The notes below the pieces were generated by a model. The model saw only the letters and a list, made by a program, of their open reading frames with translations. It was not told the origin of the DNA and did not search any database. From Dehalococcoidia bacterium (lineage in GTDB: Bacteria; Chloroflexota; Dehalococcoidia; Plut-88900), in assembly GCA_965197645.1 (NCBI GenBank), contig OZ240219.1, forward strand, positions 1,536,001 through 1,600,000: a stretch of 64,000 bases of DNA. Reading direction: 5' to 3'. This document shows, piece by piece, positions 28,215 to 39,065 of the stretch (positions are counted from its first letter, which is position 1; the number at the start of each line of letters is the position of its first letter). Both the position numbers and the translations under genes were made by a program.

Positions 28215-30671
28215 TTAGACCTTAATCCGCTCGCTCTTCGGATCATAGGGCGGCGTGAGGCGCACCTTGGAGGGAACGCGCCGCGTAGCAACTTCGATTT
28301 CGTAGAGGCCGGAACGTATCCAGCCAGGGGTCACGCCGTCCTCGCTCTCTACGTAGCCCATGCCCACCGAGCGGCCCAGTGAGTGGCCGTAGTTTCCCGA
28401 GGTGGTGCGGCCTACCAGGACGCCATCGCGGTAGATGGGTTCGTCACCCAGCAGCAGCGGCTCCGGGTCTTCCAGCAAGAATATGGCCAGCCGCTTCGTC
28501 AGGCCCTCCTCTCTCTGGCGCAGCAGGGCCTCTTTCCCGATGAAGTCGGCGTTCTTGTCGAAGGCTACGGCAAAGCCCAAACCGGCCTCCAGGGGGGTAT
28601 CCACGCTGGTGATGTCGTGGCCCCAGCCCCGGTACGCCTTTTCCAACCTCAGCGAGTCCAGGGCATGGTACCCGGCGTGCTTCAGCCCGAACGGTCGCCC
28701 CTCCTCCGTGATGGCTTCGTACACCTTCAGGGCGTACTCGGTGGGGACGTAGAGCTCCCAGCCCAGCTCTCCCACGTAGGTGATGCGCGAGGCCCTTACC
28801 GGCGCATAGTCCAGGTAGATCTCTTTGGAGGTCAAGAAGGGAAAGGCATCGTTGGAGAGGTCCGCCTTGGTAAGGCGGGACAGCAGCTCCCTGGAACGAG
28901 GCCCCATAACGCTGAGTACTGCGTAGACGGAGGACACATCGGTGAGGGCGGCGCGAGCCTCCCCGGGAATGTGTCTCTTGATCCAGGCGAAGTCCTGGGT
29001 GACTGAGCCGGCCGACGTGACGATCATATAGGCATCTTCCGAGAGCCGGTTCACCGTCAGGTCCGATTGGAAGCCGCCCCGGCTGTTCAGCATGGCGGTA
29101 TACACCAGACTGCCGGGTTCCACGGCCACGTCGTTGGCGAAGATGCGTTGGAGCACCGATTCCGCATCGGGCCCCTGTACCAGGAACTTGGCGAAGGAGG
29201 TCTGATCGAACAACCCCACCGCCTCACGAACGGCGAGGTGCTCCTGGGCAGAGTAGGGGAACCAGTTCTGCCGGTCCCAGGAGTACTCATACTTGGCCTC
29301 GACACCCTCCGGGGCGTACCAGTTGGGCCGTTCCCAGCCAGCCACAACCCCGAAGCAGGCCCCCCTGGATTTCAGCCGGTCGTGAAGGGGGGAGCGCCGT
29401 ATCCCTCGGGCGGTCTCCGGCTGGCGATGGGGCCAGTGCATTGCATAGAGCAGGCCCAGGGCCTCGACGGTGCGGTCGCGGAGGAAGTTCGGGTTGTTGG
29501 CCCACTTCTGGAAGCGGCCGATGTCCACCTCCGAAAGGTCCATGGTCATTTCGCCCTCGGTTATCCACTCGGCCATAGCGTGTCCGGCCCCCGCCGCCGA
29601 AGCGACGCCGCTGGAGTTGAACCCTGCGGCTACGAAGAAGTTTCGCAGCTCCGGCGCTTCGCCCATGATGTACCGAGTGTCGGGGGTGAAGCTCTCGGGA
29701 CCTATGAGCCTAATCCGGACCCCCGCGTCGGCAATGGCCGGAACGCGGTCCATGGCCTTTTCCAAGAAAACGTTGTAATGGCTCCACTCCCGGCTGAGCA
29801 TGTTGAGGGAGAAGTCATCGGGGATGCCGTTCATCCCCCAGGGAACAGCCTCGGGTTCGAAGCCTCCGACCAGAAGGCCCCCGCCTTCGTGGGGATAGCG
29901 CCTTATGTAGATGTATCCATCGGGGTCTCGAAGGGAGGGCATGTCGTCGGTGGTGCCGGGCACCGGCTCGGTTACGAAGTAGGCGTGGTCGGCAGCGTGG
30001 AGGGGGATGGATACGTCGCACGTCAGACCGATTTCCCTGGCCCACATTCCTGCGCAGTTCACCACGATATCGCACGCGATGTCGCCATCCTCCGTCGAGA
30101 CGCCAACGGCCGTTCCGTCCCTGGTGAGGATGTTGGTCACCGGGGAGTTCTCGAAGAACTTCACGCCCCGCTCGGTGGCGCCGATTACAAGGGCGTTGGC
30201 CGTGCTGTCCGGGACGGTCTCTCCGTCCAGGGGGATATGTACCGCCCCGACAAGGTCACCGGTGCTCATCAGAGGCCACAGGTCTTCGGCCTCTCGAAGG
30301 CTTATCTCCTCCATCTGGACCCCAAAGCTCTTGGCTAGAGATATCATCCGTCTCAGCTCGTCCATGCGGCCCTGGGTGCGGGCCACGCTTACGCTGCCCG
30401 TCTGGCGGAAGCCCGTATCCAAGCCCGTCTCGTCCTTGAGCTCCTGGTAAAGCCGCACCCCGTAGCGGGAGATATCGGTCAGTGCGCGGGTATGCCGCAG
30501 CTGGGTTACCAGGCCCGCGGAGTGGGCAGTGGTGCCGCTGACCATAGCGCTCCGCTCCATCACCACCACGTCCTTCCACCCGATTTTCGACAGGTGGTAG
30601 GCGACGCTGCACCCTACGATGCCTGCGCCTATGACCACTACCCGGGCTTGCTGAGGCAATTTCTTTGCCAT
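28215..30671 (-). CDS. GcvT-family FAD-dependent amine oxidoreductase (dimethylglycine/sarcosine dehydrogenase-like)
   Basis: GAGIVG FAD site, SGTTAHSAG, GPESFTPD, GWERPNWY, folate-binding domain (ITYVGELGWE, SLRLEKAY), C-terminal PYDPKSERIK. Confidence 0.92.
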   Translation of the reverse strand: MAKKLPQQARVVVIGAGIVGCSVAYHLSKIGWKDVVVMERSAMVSGTTAHSAGLVTQLRHTRALTDISRYGVRLYQELKDETGLDTGFRQTGSVSVARTQGRMDELRRMISLAKSFGVQMEEISLREAEDLWPLMSTGDLVGAVHIPLDGETVPDSTANALVIGATERGVKFFENSPVTNILTRDGTAVGVSTEDGDIACDIVVNCAGMWAREIGLTCDVSIPLHAADHAYFVTEPVPGTTDDMPSLRDPDGYIYIRRYPHEGGGLLVGGFEPEAVPWGMNGIPDDFSLNMLSREWSHYNVFLEKAMDRVPAIADAGVRIRLIGPESFTPDTRYIMGEAPELRNFFVAAGFNSSGVASAAGAGHAMAEWITEGEMTMDLSEVDIGRFQKWANNPNFLRDRTVEALGLLYAMHWPHRQPETARGIRRSPLHDRLKSRGACFGVVAGWERPNWYAPEGVEAKYEYSWDRQNWFPYSAQEHLAVREAVGLFDQTSFAKFLVQGPDAESVLQRIFANDVAVEPGSLVYTAMLNSRGGFQSDLTVNRLSEDAYMIVTSAGSVTQDFAWIKRHIPGEARAALTDVSSVYAVLSVMGPRSRELLSRLTKADLSNDAFPFLTSKEIYLDYAPVRASRITYVGELGWELYVPTEYALKVYEAITEEGRPFGLKHAGYHALDSLRLEKAYRGWGHDITSVDTPLEAGLGFAVAFDKNADFIGKEALLRQREEGLTKRLAIFLLEDPEPLLLGDEPIYRDGVLVGRTTSGNYGHSLGRSVGMGYVESEDGVTPGWIRSGLYEIEVATRRVPSKVRLTPPYDPKSERIKV

Positions 30672-30860
30672 ACGTCCTCTATCTAGCTACATCTCGTCTC
30701 TGGCCCGGTAGCCTAGCACCATGCCTGGTGACGGTCAACGTGAGTTTCTTGACCCTGGTGTGGCCGGTTGCTAAAGTACCTTCTCAATGGGGTCGAGGCT
30801 TGGCTTCGGTCTCCTGTCCGAATACGTAACAGATGTGGTCGAAGAGTTCGAGGAGTTGCC

Positions 30861-31901
30861 ATGTCCAAGAAGTTCGCCTTCGTGGGAGCGGGAGCGGTCG
30901 GAAGCTACGTTGGAGGGCTGATATCCGAGGTCGGCGAAGACGTTACTCTCATCGATCCGTGGCCCGACCATATCGAAGCCGTCAAAGACAGTGGCCTGCG
31001 GATCTCCGGTACCCAGGGCGAACACCACGCCCGGCCTCAGGCCCTTCACCTGAACGAGGTCCAGGGCCTAATAAGATCGCCCATAGACGTCGCATTTGTC
31101 TGCACCAAGTCCTACGACACCGGTTGGGCGACTCTGCTGATCAAGGACTACCTATCCCCACAGGGGTTTGCCGTTTCTCTACAGAACGGCATAAACGAAG
31201 AGACCATGGCCGGCGTACTGGGGTGGGGACGGGTGGTGGGGTGCATCGCCAGCAACATCGGCGTCGGCCTGATGGGCCCGGGCCATGTTACCCGCACCGC
31301 TGCTGCCGGCGGCGCCCAACACACCGTGTTTCGAGTGGGCGAAGTCCACGGAAGAATCACTCCCAGGGTGGAGGAGCTGGCCGCCCTGCTGGAAAGGGTG
31401 GACAGCGCCAAAACCACCTCCAATCTCTGGGGCGAGAGGTGGAGCAAGCTGACAGCCAACTCCATGGGCAACGGCGTGCAGGCGGTTACCGGCGCCAGCT
31501 CCAGGGAGATGGCCCAGAACGCAGATATCAGAAGGCTGACCATCCGGCTGGCCGCAGAGGCGGTAGCTGTGGGCCAGGCATTGGGCTACGATCTGGTACC
31601 CATTGGCGGTAGAGACCCGGAGGTCTGGCTGGCTGCCGGCCGGGGTGAGGGACTCGAAGAGCTGGAGCTTTCCATCATGCAGGCCGCTGAGCGCTACCAG
31701 GAATCGGGGCGTTCATCGACGGCCCAGGATATGGAGAAGGGGCGACGTCTGGAGATCGAGTACCTGAACGGGGTCGTGGTGGCTAAAGGCAAAGAGGCCG
31801 GCATAGATGTCTCGGCCAACGAAGGCTTGGTGGCCAAGGTCAAGGCCGTGGAGCGAGGGGAGCTGTCCGTCGGCATCGACACCCTGAAGGAGCTGTTCTG
31901 A
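30861..31901 (+). CDS. Ketopantoate reductase (PanE/ApbA) family protein
   Basis: GAGAVG, TKSYDT, SLQNG, WSKL..N, SSTAQD..KGRRLEIEYLNG; start ATG after GAGGAG. Confidence 0.85.
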   Translation: MSKKFAFVGAGAVGSYVGGLISEVGEDVTLIDPWPDHIEAVKDSGLRISGTQGEHHARPQALHLNEVQGLIRSPIDVAFVCTKSYDTGWATLLIKDYLSPQGFAVSLQNGINEETMAGVLGWGRVVGCIASNIGVGLMGPGHVTRTAAAGGAQHTVFRVGEVHGRITPRVEELAALLERVDSAKTTSNLWGERWSKLTANSMGNGVQAVTGASSREMAQNADIRRLTIRLAAEAVAVGQALGYDLVPIGGRDPEVWLAAGRGEGLEELELSIMQAAERYQESGRSSTAQDMEKGRRLEIEYLNGVVVAKGKEAGIDVSANEGLVAKVKAVERGELSVGIDTLKELF

Positions 31902-31903
31902 TA

Positions 31904-32021
31904 TCTGAGGGACACCCCTTCGGCGGGCTCAGGGCAGGCTCTCAGACTCCCGGCCCCAGCATACAGTCCCAGGTAAGGAGCTTCGCCCCTCTGCATGCCC
32001 CGGATTTCGTCATCCTCTTAG
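31904..32021 (+). repeat. Dispersed MITE/REP-like repeat, copy C
   Basis: TCTGAGGGACACCC[CTTCGGCGGGCTCAGGGCAGGCT]CTCAGACTCCCGG[insert 2]...GCTTCGCCCCTCTGCA...TTTCGTCATCCTCTTAG. Confidence 0.85.
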
Positions 32022-32044
32022 AGCGGAATAACCCACAATCAGGC

Positions 32045-33592
32045 CTAGCTGCCCAGCAGTTGGTCTCCCAGCTTCATGCCGATGAGCATGCTCGATAGGT
32101 TGGTATTGGCCAGGGGAATGGTAGGCATGATGGAGGCGTCGGCCACGTACAGGCCCTCCATCCCTCGCACCCGCCCTTGGCTGTCGACCACGGCCTCGGG
32201 GTCCGAGTCCGGCCCCATCTTGCACGTGCCGACGGCGTGATTGTAGTTTCCTATGTTCAGCTTCAGATACTCGGTTATCTCGCTCTCGCCTGGAAGACGG
32301 CTCAACGCCTCGGACTCCCTGTCGAAGGCCGAGGCCAGGGGTTCCCTCCCAGCGACGCTTCGCGCCAGGCTGAACCCGTGGGTCAGCACGGCCATATCCC
32401 GGCCTTCGGGGTCTGACAGGTAGCGGGTGAGTATCCTCGGTGGAAGGTCCGGGCCTTTGCCCCTGAGCAGCACTTCTCCTCTGGACAGAGGGGCCATGTT
32501 GCACACGAAAAGCTCCAGGGTCCGGTCCTCCAGGGTCCTGATGACTTGGGACGGCAGGATGTGAATGTCAAAGGCGCCCTGACAGTACGGGCTTTTGGCC
32601 TTGAGTATCGTCTGACCGAGGTAGGTCGTTCGCTCGGCCTGGACCCGGGTTATGGTCTGCCACGTGCCGGAGTTGGGCAGGTACTGCATGAAGAACGAGG
32701 GGTGATCGTGCAGGTTTCGCCCTACTCCGGGCAGACCGACTTTCACGTCGATGTCCAGCTCTCGAAGGTGGTGTCCGGGCCCGATCCCCGATCGCATGAG
32801 TATGGCTGGAGAGCCGTATGTCCCGGCGCTGATCACCAGCCTTTCCGCCCTCAGCTCCACCACCCCGTCCTCGGACCGGCATACCGCTCCTACTGCCCTG
32901 TTGCCCTCGATGATCAACCGGTCGGTTAGGGTCTCGGGCAGGATGGTGAGACCGGGATGCTGCCTCACCGGGTCGAGAAACGCCAGGCCTGCGTTCCACC
33001 TCACCGAGTCCTTGACGTTGACGTGGTAGGGGCCCACCCCCTCCTCCGGCTCCGGAGCGCTCATGTCGTCGGCCTTGGGAAAGCCGTCCGCCACGCATGC
33101 TTCTATGAAGTAGCGTTGATAGATGGACAGCTCGTCCTCCCTCATTCTTCTGGTGTAGAGGGGGCCGTTCCGGCCGCGGTACGGGCCGCTGGATTCGGGG
33201 GAGACCCCCTCGACCCGTTGTATCAGGGGCCGGAGGTCGTCGTATCTCCAGCCGGGGTTGCCGGCTTCGGCCCAGGCATCGTAGTCGGCGGGCAAACCCC
33301 AGATAGCGGCGCAGTCGTTGTGGGCGGAGCACCCGCCGACGACCTTGGCCCTGGCATCGACGAAGCTGGGGCCCTCCAGCCGTTCCACCTCGTAGCCCCA
33401 ATCGTGGGACACCGGGTCGTGCCTGGCATCAAGGAGCTCCGGCGGCCATCGGCCATCGTCCAGGTGCCCATAGTCCGGGCCTGCCTCCACCAGGCAGATG
33501 GACAGCCCGCTGGACTGGCAAAGCTGATAGGCCAGGGCACACCCGGCGGAGCCTGCGCCGATGATAACTACGTCGAACCGTTGTTTGTCCAT
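32045..33592 (-). CDS. GMC-family FAD oxidoreductase
   Basis: GAGSAG, GGCSAHN, SPAILMRSGIG, PGVGRNLHDH, HAVGTCKMG, ADASIMP..ANTN. Confidence 0.92.
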   Translation of the reverse strand: MDKQRFDVVIIGAGSAGCALAYQLCQSSGLSICLVEAGPDYGHLDDGRWPPELLDARHDPVSHDWGYEVERLEGPSFVDARAKVVGGCSAHNDCAAIWGLPADYDAWAEAGNPGWRYDDLRPLIQRVEGVSPESSGPYRGRNGPLYTRRMREDELSIYQRYFIEACVADGFPKADDMSAPEPEEGVGPYHVNVKDSVRWNAGLAFLDPVRQHPGLTILPETLTDRLIIEGNRAVGAVCRSEDGVVELRAERLVISAGTYGSPAILMRSGIGPGHHLRELDIDVKVGLPGVGRNLHDHPSFFMQYLPNSGTWQTITRVQAERTTYLGQTILKAKSPYCQGAFDIHILPSQVIRTLEDRTLELFVCNMAPLSRGEVLLRGKGPDLPPRILTRYLSDPEGRDMAVLTHGFSLARSVAGREPLASAFDRESEALSRLPGESEITEYLKLNIGNYNHAVGTCKMGPDSDPEAVVDSQGRVRGMEGLYVADASIMPTIPLANTNLSSMLIGMKLGDQLLGS

Positions 33593-33694
33593 ACTTCTCC
33601 TGATATGGGCGGGCGTTCCCTGGTTCCGGCTAACGGAGGCTTAGAGAGGTGAACCCTCCGAGGCTCAGCGGATCGCTGAGAGTATCAAAGCCCA

Positions 33695-34633
33695 TCAAGC
33701 CTCCACTGGGGGCAAGCCGTTTTCTCGTCGTATGTCGTTGATAATCTCCAGGACCCGGGTGGGGAAGGGAGCGTACTCCATCTCGAACTCCTGGAGCAGG
33801 CGGCTGTTGTCCACCAGGAAGTTCCCTGACTCCTCTCGTCCCCCTTCGCTGTCGAACTCTATGCGGGCGTCGGGGATGAACCCGCGCACCATGTCGGCCA
33901 ATTCGCCGAGACTTATGGGCGTTCCTCCCGAGTTGTAGACGGAGTGGTGAGGACTATCCGACAGCAGCACACGTGTAAACACCTCGGCGATATCCTCAAC
34001 GTGGATGGGAAGGCGCATTAGGGATTTCTGCGGCAATCGGATGGATTCGCCTCGGGCGGGAAGGGTTATGCACTGCACGTGGTCGATGGAGCCTCGCACT
34101 TTGTCGGGGCCCGTTACGTTTGCCGGGCGGACCCCGGTGATGGACATGCCGTAGTTGTCGATGTACTGCTGCGCCTGGAACTCGTTGAATATCTTGCACA
34201 TGGCGTACTGGCCCGTGCCGTAGCTGGTGTCATCCTCGTCGATCAGCCTCTCCCCGAAGTGGCTCTGTTGGCCGTTGACGACCAGGGAGCTGGCGTACAC
34301 CACCCTCTTCACACCGGAGAGCCTGGCCGCTTCGAAGCAGTTGTCCATGCCCAGGATGTTCAGCCTGACGGCATGGTGCGGCTGATCTTCGCCTCCCCCG
34401 AGCCGGTATGCCAGGTTCAGCAGGCGTTCGGGCTCCGCCTCCACGATGGCCCGCATCACGTCCTCGAACCTAGTCACGTCGCCCCGGATGACCTTGACTC
34501 GGTCCTCCAGCCCGTGGAATGAGGCGGCGAGGGGGTCCAGGTCCATGCAGACGACGTCCTCTCCCCTCTCGACCAGCCGGCGAATAACCCGCGGGCCGAT
34601 GAAACCGGTGCCGCCAACTACCAGTATGGCCAT
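33695..34633 (-). CDS. NAD-dependent epimerase/dehydratase family protein
   Basis: GGTGFIG, YASS, YAMCK (YxxxK); start at ATG after GGGAGG. Confidence 0.88.
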   Translation of the reverse strand: MAILVVGGTGFIGPRVIRRLVERGEDVVCMDLDPLAASFHGLEDRVKVIRGDVTRFEDVMRAIVEAEPERLLNLAYRLGGGEDQPHHAVRLNILGMDNCFEAARLSGVKRVVYASSLVVNGQQSHFGERLIDEDDTSYGTGQYAMCKIFNEFQAQQYIDNYGMSITGVRPANVTGPDKVRGSIDHVQCITLPARGESIRLPQKSLMRLPIHVEDIAEVFTRVLLSDSPHHSVYNSGGTPISLGELADMVRGFIPDARIEFDSEGGREESGNFLVDNSRLLQEFEMEYAPFPTRVLEIINDIRRENGLPPVEA

Positions 34634-34736
34634 GTTGCTTTCCTCCCGGCAGACGATACGGTCCGCACCTCGATTTCCCAAGCCCGGACGCTATGCTTCC
34701 AGCCTTTGCCGCTTCGTACTAGATTACGGTGGCAGG

Positions 34737-35819
34737 TCAGTCGAAGCTGATGACGCTGCGAGCCACCTCACCCTTCGCCAGTACATCGAAGGAATCGTTG
34801 ATCTGGTCCAGAGGAAAACTCCTTGTGACCAGCTCGTCCAGCTTTAGCTTGCCCGCCTTGTACAGGTCTAGCAACCGGTTGAACTCGATGTGGGGTCTGG
34901 CGCTGCCGTACATCGAAGCTATGATCGTCTTTTCCGGCATGAGGGCCCTGGCATCTATCGTGACTGGCGTGTTCATGGGCGCATGTCCAACCCAGACAGA
35001 GATCCCCCTCGAGCGGGTGCACAACACGCTCTGCACGAAGGGCGCCTCTACCAGGCCGATGGCCTCGAAGGCGTAGTGCACGCCCTTCCCATCGGTGAGC
35101 CGGCGGATACCCTCCACCGGGTCCTCCCTGGAGGAGTTGACGACGTCCGTGGCGCCGAACTCCCGGCCCAGCTCCAGCTTGCTATCCAGTAGGTCCACGG
35201 CGATGATGGTGGTCGCGCCGGCGATAGCCGCCCCCTGGATGCAGTTGAGCCCGACTCCGCCGCAACCGAAGACGGCGACGGTACTCCCCGGCTGTACCTG
35301 GGCCGTGTTTATGGCCGCACCCACACCAGTGGTAACCCCGCAACCGACCAACGCCGCCTGGGGAAAGGGCACGTCTTTGTCTATGGGGATGGCCGCTACC
35401 TCCGGCACTACGGTGTAGCTTCCGAAGGTCCCCAGGCCGGCCATCTGGGTTACCGGCGTCTCCGTGGCCGTAACCACGGGCTCTGCCTCTACGGCGGGCG
35501 CGTTGCCGCACAGATTGGGCCACCCTTTCTGACACATCTCGCACACGCCGCAGCTGGTCTGCCAGGAGAGCACTACGTGGTCGCCCGGTTTCACGCCGGT
35601 CACGTTGGGCCCGACCGCCTCGACTATGCCCGCCCCCTCATGGCCCAGAACTGTCGGCAGCTTGGGATCGGTCCATTCGCCTTTCACCACGTGCCAGTCC
35701 GAGTGACACACGCCGCTGGCCATCATCTTCACCAGCGCTTCACCCGGGCCCGGCTCCTGAAGTGACACGTCCTCGACCCTCAGAGGAGCATTTGCTTCGT
35801 ACAACACCGCAGCTTTCAT
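34737..35819 (-). CDS. Zn-dependent alcohol dehydrogenase (class III-like)
   Basis: CHSD, LGHEGAG, CGVCEMC..C, GCGVTTG, GCGGVG. Confidence 0.92.
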   Translation of the reverse strand: MKAAVLYEANAPLRVEDVSLQEPGPGEALVKMMASGVCHSDWHVVKGEWTDPKLPTVLGHEGAGIVEAVGPNVTGVKPGDHVVLSWQTSCGVCEMCQKGWPNLCGNAPAVEAEPVVTATETPVTQMAGLGTFGSYTVVPEVAAIPIDKDVPFPQAALVGCGVTTGVGAAINTAQVQPGSTVAVFGCGGVGLNCIQGAAIAGATTIIAVDLLDSKLELGREFGATDVVNSSREDPVEGIRRLTDGKGVHYAFEAIGLVEAPFVQSVLCTRSRGISVWVGHAPMNTPVTIDARALMPEKTIIASMYGSARPHIEFNRLLDLYKAGKLKLDELVTRSFPLDQINDSFDVLAKGEVARSVISFD

Positions 35820-35930
35820 ATATGGAGCCTCCTTCCGCTATTGCACTGTCGTATTCTACACCGCGCGCCGCCCACCGGTTCAATCCAGTGAGTCCGGATA
35901 GCTTCCCTCCGGCAGGGAAAGCGACGCGCT

Positions 35931-35970
35931 AGATTGCCACGCCCCGACAAGGTCGTGGCTCGCAATGACA
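35931..35970 (+). repeat. REP-like palindromic unit (GATTGC...GCAATGACA type)
   Basis: AGATTGCCACGCCCCGACAAGGTCGTGGCTCGCAATGACA, an imperfect hairpin. Confidence 0.55.
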
Positions 35971-35989
35971 GAGAGGGTGGTTCTCAACC

Positions 35990-36161
35990 CAGGGCGAGGC
36001 GGAAGAACCACCTGGGGTGCTCTTCCCGGTCAAGGATTGAGAGAAGGTTGTTGCTGAGGAACACCACTTCGGCGGCCTCAGAGCCGGCTCTCAGACTCCC
36101 GGCAAACGGGTTTAGCCGCTCTCTTCTCTCATGTTATGGGTGCAGAGCCTCGCCCTGCTAG
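35990..36161 (+). repeat. Dispersed MITE/REP-like repeat, copy D (degenerate)
   Basis: Core CTGAGGAACACC[CTTCGGCGGCCTCAGAGCCGGCT]CTCAGACTCCCGGCAAA at 36054-36106; flanked by an 11-bp inverted repeat CAGGGCGAGGC/GCCTCGCCCTG ending in CTAG. Confidence 0.7.
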
Positions 36162-37852
36162 CCCACCATATCGTAGCTGCGGAGCAGCTTACCGGGCAAA
36201 GCTCCCGTGCAGGCGTTCTCCTCGAAGGTAACCTCCCCGTTGACCAGGGTATAGCGGAGTCCCGTGGGCTTCTGGATCAGGCGGCGCTCGCCACCGGGAA
36301 AGTCATTGTCGAATATGGCCTTGTCGTACATGAACCCCAGCTCGTCCTGGTCGTAGACGATGATGTCAGCCCAGTTGCCCACTCTGAGGGTGCCGCGGTC
36401 CTTGAAGTCGGCCAGCCAGGCCGGCAGGGCACTGATCTTGTAATGGCCCTCCTCCAGGGTCATAAGGTTTTGATCCCGGATCCAGTGGGACAGGAAGTAG
36501 ACGGGCCACGTGCTGACGGTGAGGTATCTGGTATGGGCGCCGCCGTCGGAGACGGAGACGTGGCTGTAGGGGTCTTTGATGCCACGGGCAACGACCTCCT
36601 CGTCCTCATCGGCCGCCATGTGGCTGAACTCGGTCTGCAATTGCTCATCGATGGCCAGGTCCAACATGGCGTCCAGCGGGTGCTTCCCTTGCAGCCGGCC
36701 AATCTCGGCCACGCTGAGCCCGTCGTATTTTCCGTTTCGCTCGTAGGAGGTCTCCACCACCCTCACCTCTTCCCAGTTGGTGCGGAGAAGGTGCAGTTGC
36801 TCGGTGCTTTCCTCCACGTCCCTCTTCATGGCCTCTCGGGTTGCGGGAACGCTGAGCTTGGCCATGCGGTCCTCTATGCCGCCGACCAGCGGCTGCACCC
36901 AGTTGGGCATGTAGTCGAAGAGATTGTACTCCGCCAGCGTGAACTGGGCCGGAACCGCAACGGCAAGCTCCTGGGTTAGCACATTGAACCCCTCGGCACG
37001 GGCCGATTCGAGCCAGGGACCGGCGTCCCTATCAACGCCAACATTTAGCGGGCGGCCACTGACCCTCATCATCTGCGAGAGCAGATCGTACTGCTCTCCC
37101 CGCTGCTCCGCCGTGTGCCCCAGGCCTACGGTCCATCCGATGTGCCCCACGCCGAACTCCGCCATAACCTCGGCGAGCGCTACGTACTCCTCTGTCGAGG
37201 CTACGTGGCTCGGAAGGAAGCTGCCGTCTTCCGGCCGGTCTTCCATGTTCATGTCGGCGGAGATTCCAAAGGCCCCTGCCTTCATCCCGTCGTACATGAT
37301 CTGCTTCATCTCGTTAAGCTCGGCGTCGGTTACCGAGGTCCTCTCCCGGGCAGGTATCATGCCGAGCACGTAGCCGCGCAACGGGGAGAAGGGCACCAGT
37401 GCACCCACGTTTACACCCAGGCCCTGGCGGTCCAGGCTGTCCATGTATTCCGGGAAGGTCTCCCAGTCCCAGCGCATCCCCTGCCTCATCGACTCAAGGG
37501 GGATGGCTTCGATACGGTTCATCATCCGCATGTTCAGGTCCCGGTCCTCGGGCCTCGTGGGAGCGAAGCCGAAGCCGCACTGGCCGATGGTCAGCGATGT
37601 TACGCCGTGCCAGCCGGAGAGGGTGGCATATGGGTCCCAGTTGAGCTGCGCGTCATAGTGGGTGTGGAGATCGACGGCGCCTGGCGCTACGATGCAGCCT
37701 GCGGCATCGATCTCTTTGGCGCCCGCGGGGTTGATCTTGCCGCTGATCTTGGCAACCCTCCCGCCTTTGATGGCCATGTCCCCCTTGTACCGAGGGATGC
37801 CGGTGCCGTCCACGATGGTCCCGCCGCGAATAACCAGGTCATACTCAGCCAT
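36158..37852 (-). CDS. N-acyl-D-amino-acid deacylase family amidohydrolase (paralogue of 21593)
   Basis: DLHTHYD, SGWHGVT, CGFGFAP, SDGGAH; shares C-terminus TGALPG..LRSYDM with 21593. Confidence 0.9.
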   Translation of the reverse strand: MAEYDLVIRGGTIVDGTGIPRYKGDMAIKGGRVAKISGKINPAGAKEIDAAGCIVAPGAVDLHTHYDAQLNWDPYATLSGWHGVTSLTIGQCGFGFAPTRPEDRDLNMRMMNRIEAIPLESMRQGMRWDWETFPEYMDSLDRQGLGVNVGALVPFSPLRGYVLGMIPARERTSVTDAELNEMKQIMYDGMKAGAFGISADMNMEDRPEDGSFLPSHVASTEEYVALAEVMAEFGVGHIGWTVGLGHTAEQRGEQYDLLSQMMRVSGRPLNVGVDRDAGPWLESARAEGFNVLTQELAVAVPAQFTLAEYNLFDYMPNWVQPLVGGIEDRMAKLSVPATREAMKRDVEESTEQLHLLRTNWEEVRVVETSYERNGKYDGLSVAEIGRLQGKHPLDAMLDLAIDEQLQTEFSHMAADEDEEVVARGIKDPYSHVSVSDGGAHTRYLTVSTWPVYFLSHWIRDQNLMTLEEGHYKISALPAWLADFKDRGTLRVGNWADIIVYDQDELGFMYDKAIFDNDFPGGERRLIQKPTGLRYTLVNGEVTFEENACTGALPGKLLRSYDMVG

Positions 37853-38066
37853 GTCACACTCCTGTCCTTTGTCGTCCACTTCCCAGGCTATAAACCGACC
37901 TTTCCACTAGGTAGATGATACGCTGAATCATGCCTGGACGCCAGTCCTCCATCTCGAACTAGGCGTCTTCTTTCAAAGGGCTCGGGAGCAGCCGGCCGCG
38001 CCTGGAACGCTTCTGGACTATAGTCCCGTGCTAGAATACGATGGCGCTCCAGTTGAGGATGTCCCC

Positions 38067-39065
38067 ATGAAGCTCGGTATCTCGATAAATGAACCCCTTA
38101 CCTTCACCCAACGGGTGGATCTGGCGAAGTATTGCGAAGACCAAGGCTTCGACTCCATTTGGACCGGTGAGGGAGGGCTGTCCGAAGATGCAATCGTGCC
38201 GCTGGCGCTTTTTGCCAACGCCACCAACCGGATTCGGCTGGGGACGGGGATAATACCCAACAAGTCCCGTATAGCGCCCCTAATCGCCGTCACCTTTCGT
38301 ACCCTCGACAAGGTCGCACCGGGGAGGTTGATGCTCGGGCTGGGCGCTTGGTGGGAGCCGCTGGCCAGCAGCGTTGGGACGCCGGTCAAGAAGCCTATTC
38401 GCGCTATGAGAGAGTACATAACGGTGATACGGGACCTGCTTCGGGGAAACACCGTTACCTTACACGGTGAGTTCGTCAACGTAGAGAGCATCCGCCTCGA
38501 CCCCGTGTCCCAGGATGCTCGGCCCCTGGACATTCCCATATACATTGGCGCCGTGGGGTTTCAAATGATGCGGCTATGTGGACAGATCGCCGAAGGATGT
38601 TTGCTAGACTTTCTTGTTCCGGTGGATTACAACCTCAAAGCGGTGGCCGAAATTCGCCGCGGGGCCGAGGAGTCGGGACGATCACTGGAGCAAATCGACC
38701 GGCCTCAGCTTGTAGCTTGTTGCGTCAACAACGAAGACCCTCGAGAAGCGGTAGACGCCTGCCGTTACATGTTGACCGAGTATATCGGTCAGCAGCCCCA
38801 CATCACCAAGCACAGCGGAGTCCCGGAGGAAGTCATCGCCGCGGTCAAGTCGGAGATTGGCTGGCCGGCCACCGACGAAGCCATACGCAGGGCGATGCGA
38901 CACGTTTCCGACGAGATGGTAAAGTCTGTCGCTGCCTGCGGCACAGTCTCGGATGCCCTCGAGAAGATGGAGGAGTACATCGCAACTGGGGCTACGGTCC
39001 CCGTCGTGACGCCGCTGGGTGATGTTCGACGCACCGTCGAGGCGATAGCACCGGCGGCAACCTAG
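38067..39065 (+). CDS. LLM-class flavin-dependent oxidoreductase (Mer-like)
   Basis: GFDSIW, RIRLGTGI, APGRLMLGLG, PIYIGAVG. Confidence 0.9.
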   Translation: MKLGISINEPLTFTQRVDLAKYCEDQGFDSIWTGEGGLSEDAIVPLALFANATNRIRLGTGIIPNKSRIAPLIAVTFRTLDKVAPGRLMLGLGAWWEPLASSVGTPVKKPIRAMREYITVIRDLLRGNTVTLHGEFVNVESIRLDPVSQDARPLDIPIYIGAVGFQMMRLCGQIAEGCLLDFLVPVDYNLKAVAEIRRGAEESGRSLEQIDRPQLVACCVNNEDPREAVDACRYMLTEYIGQQPHITKHSGVPEEVIAAVKSEIGWPATDEAIRRAMRHVSDEMVKSVAACGTVSDALEKMEEYIATGATVPVVTPLGDVRRTVEAIAPAAT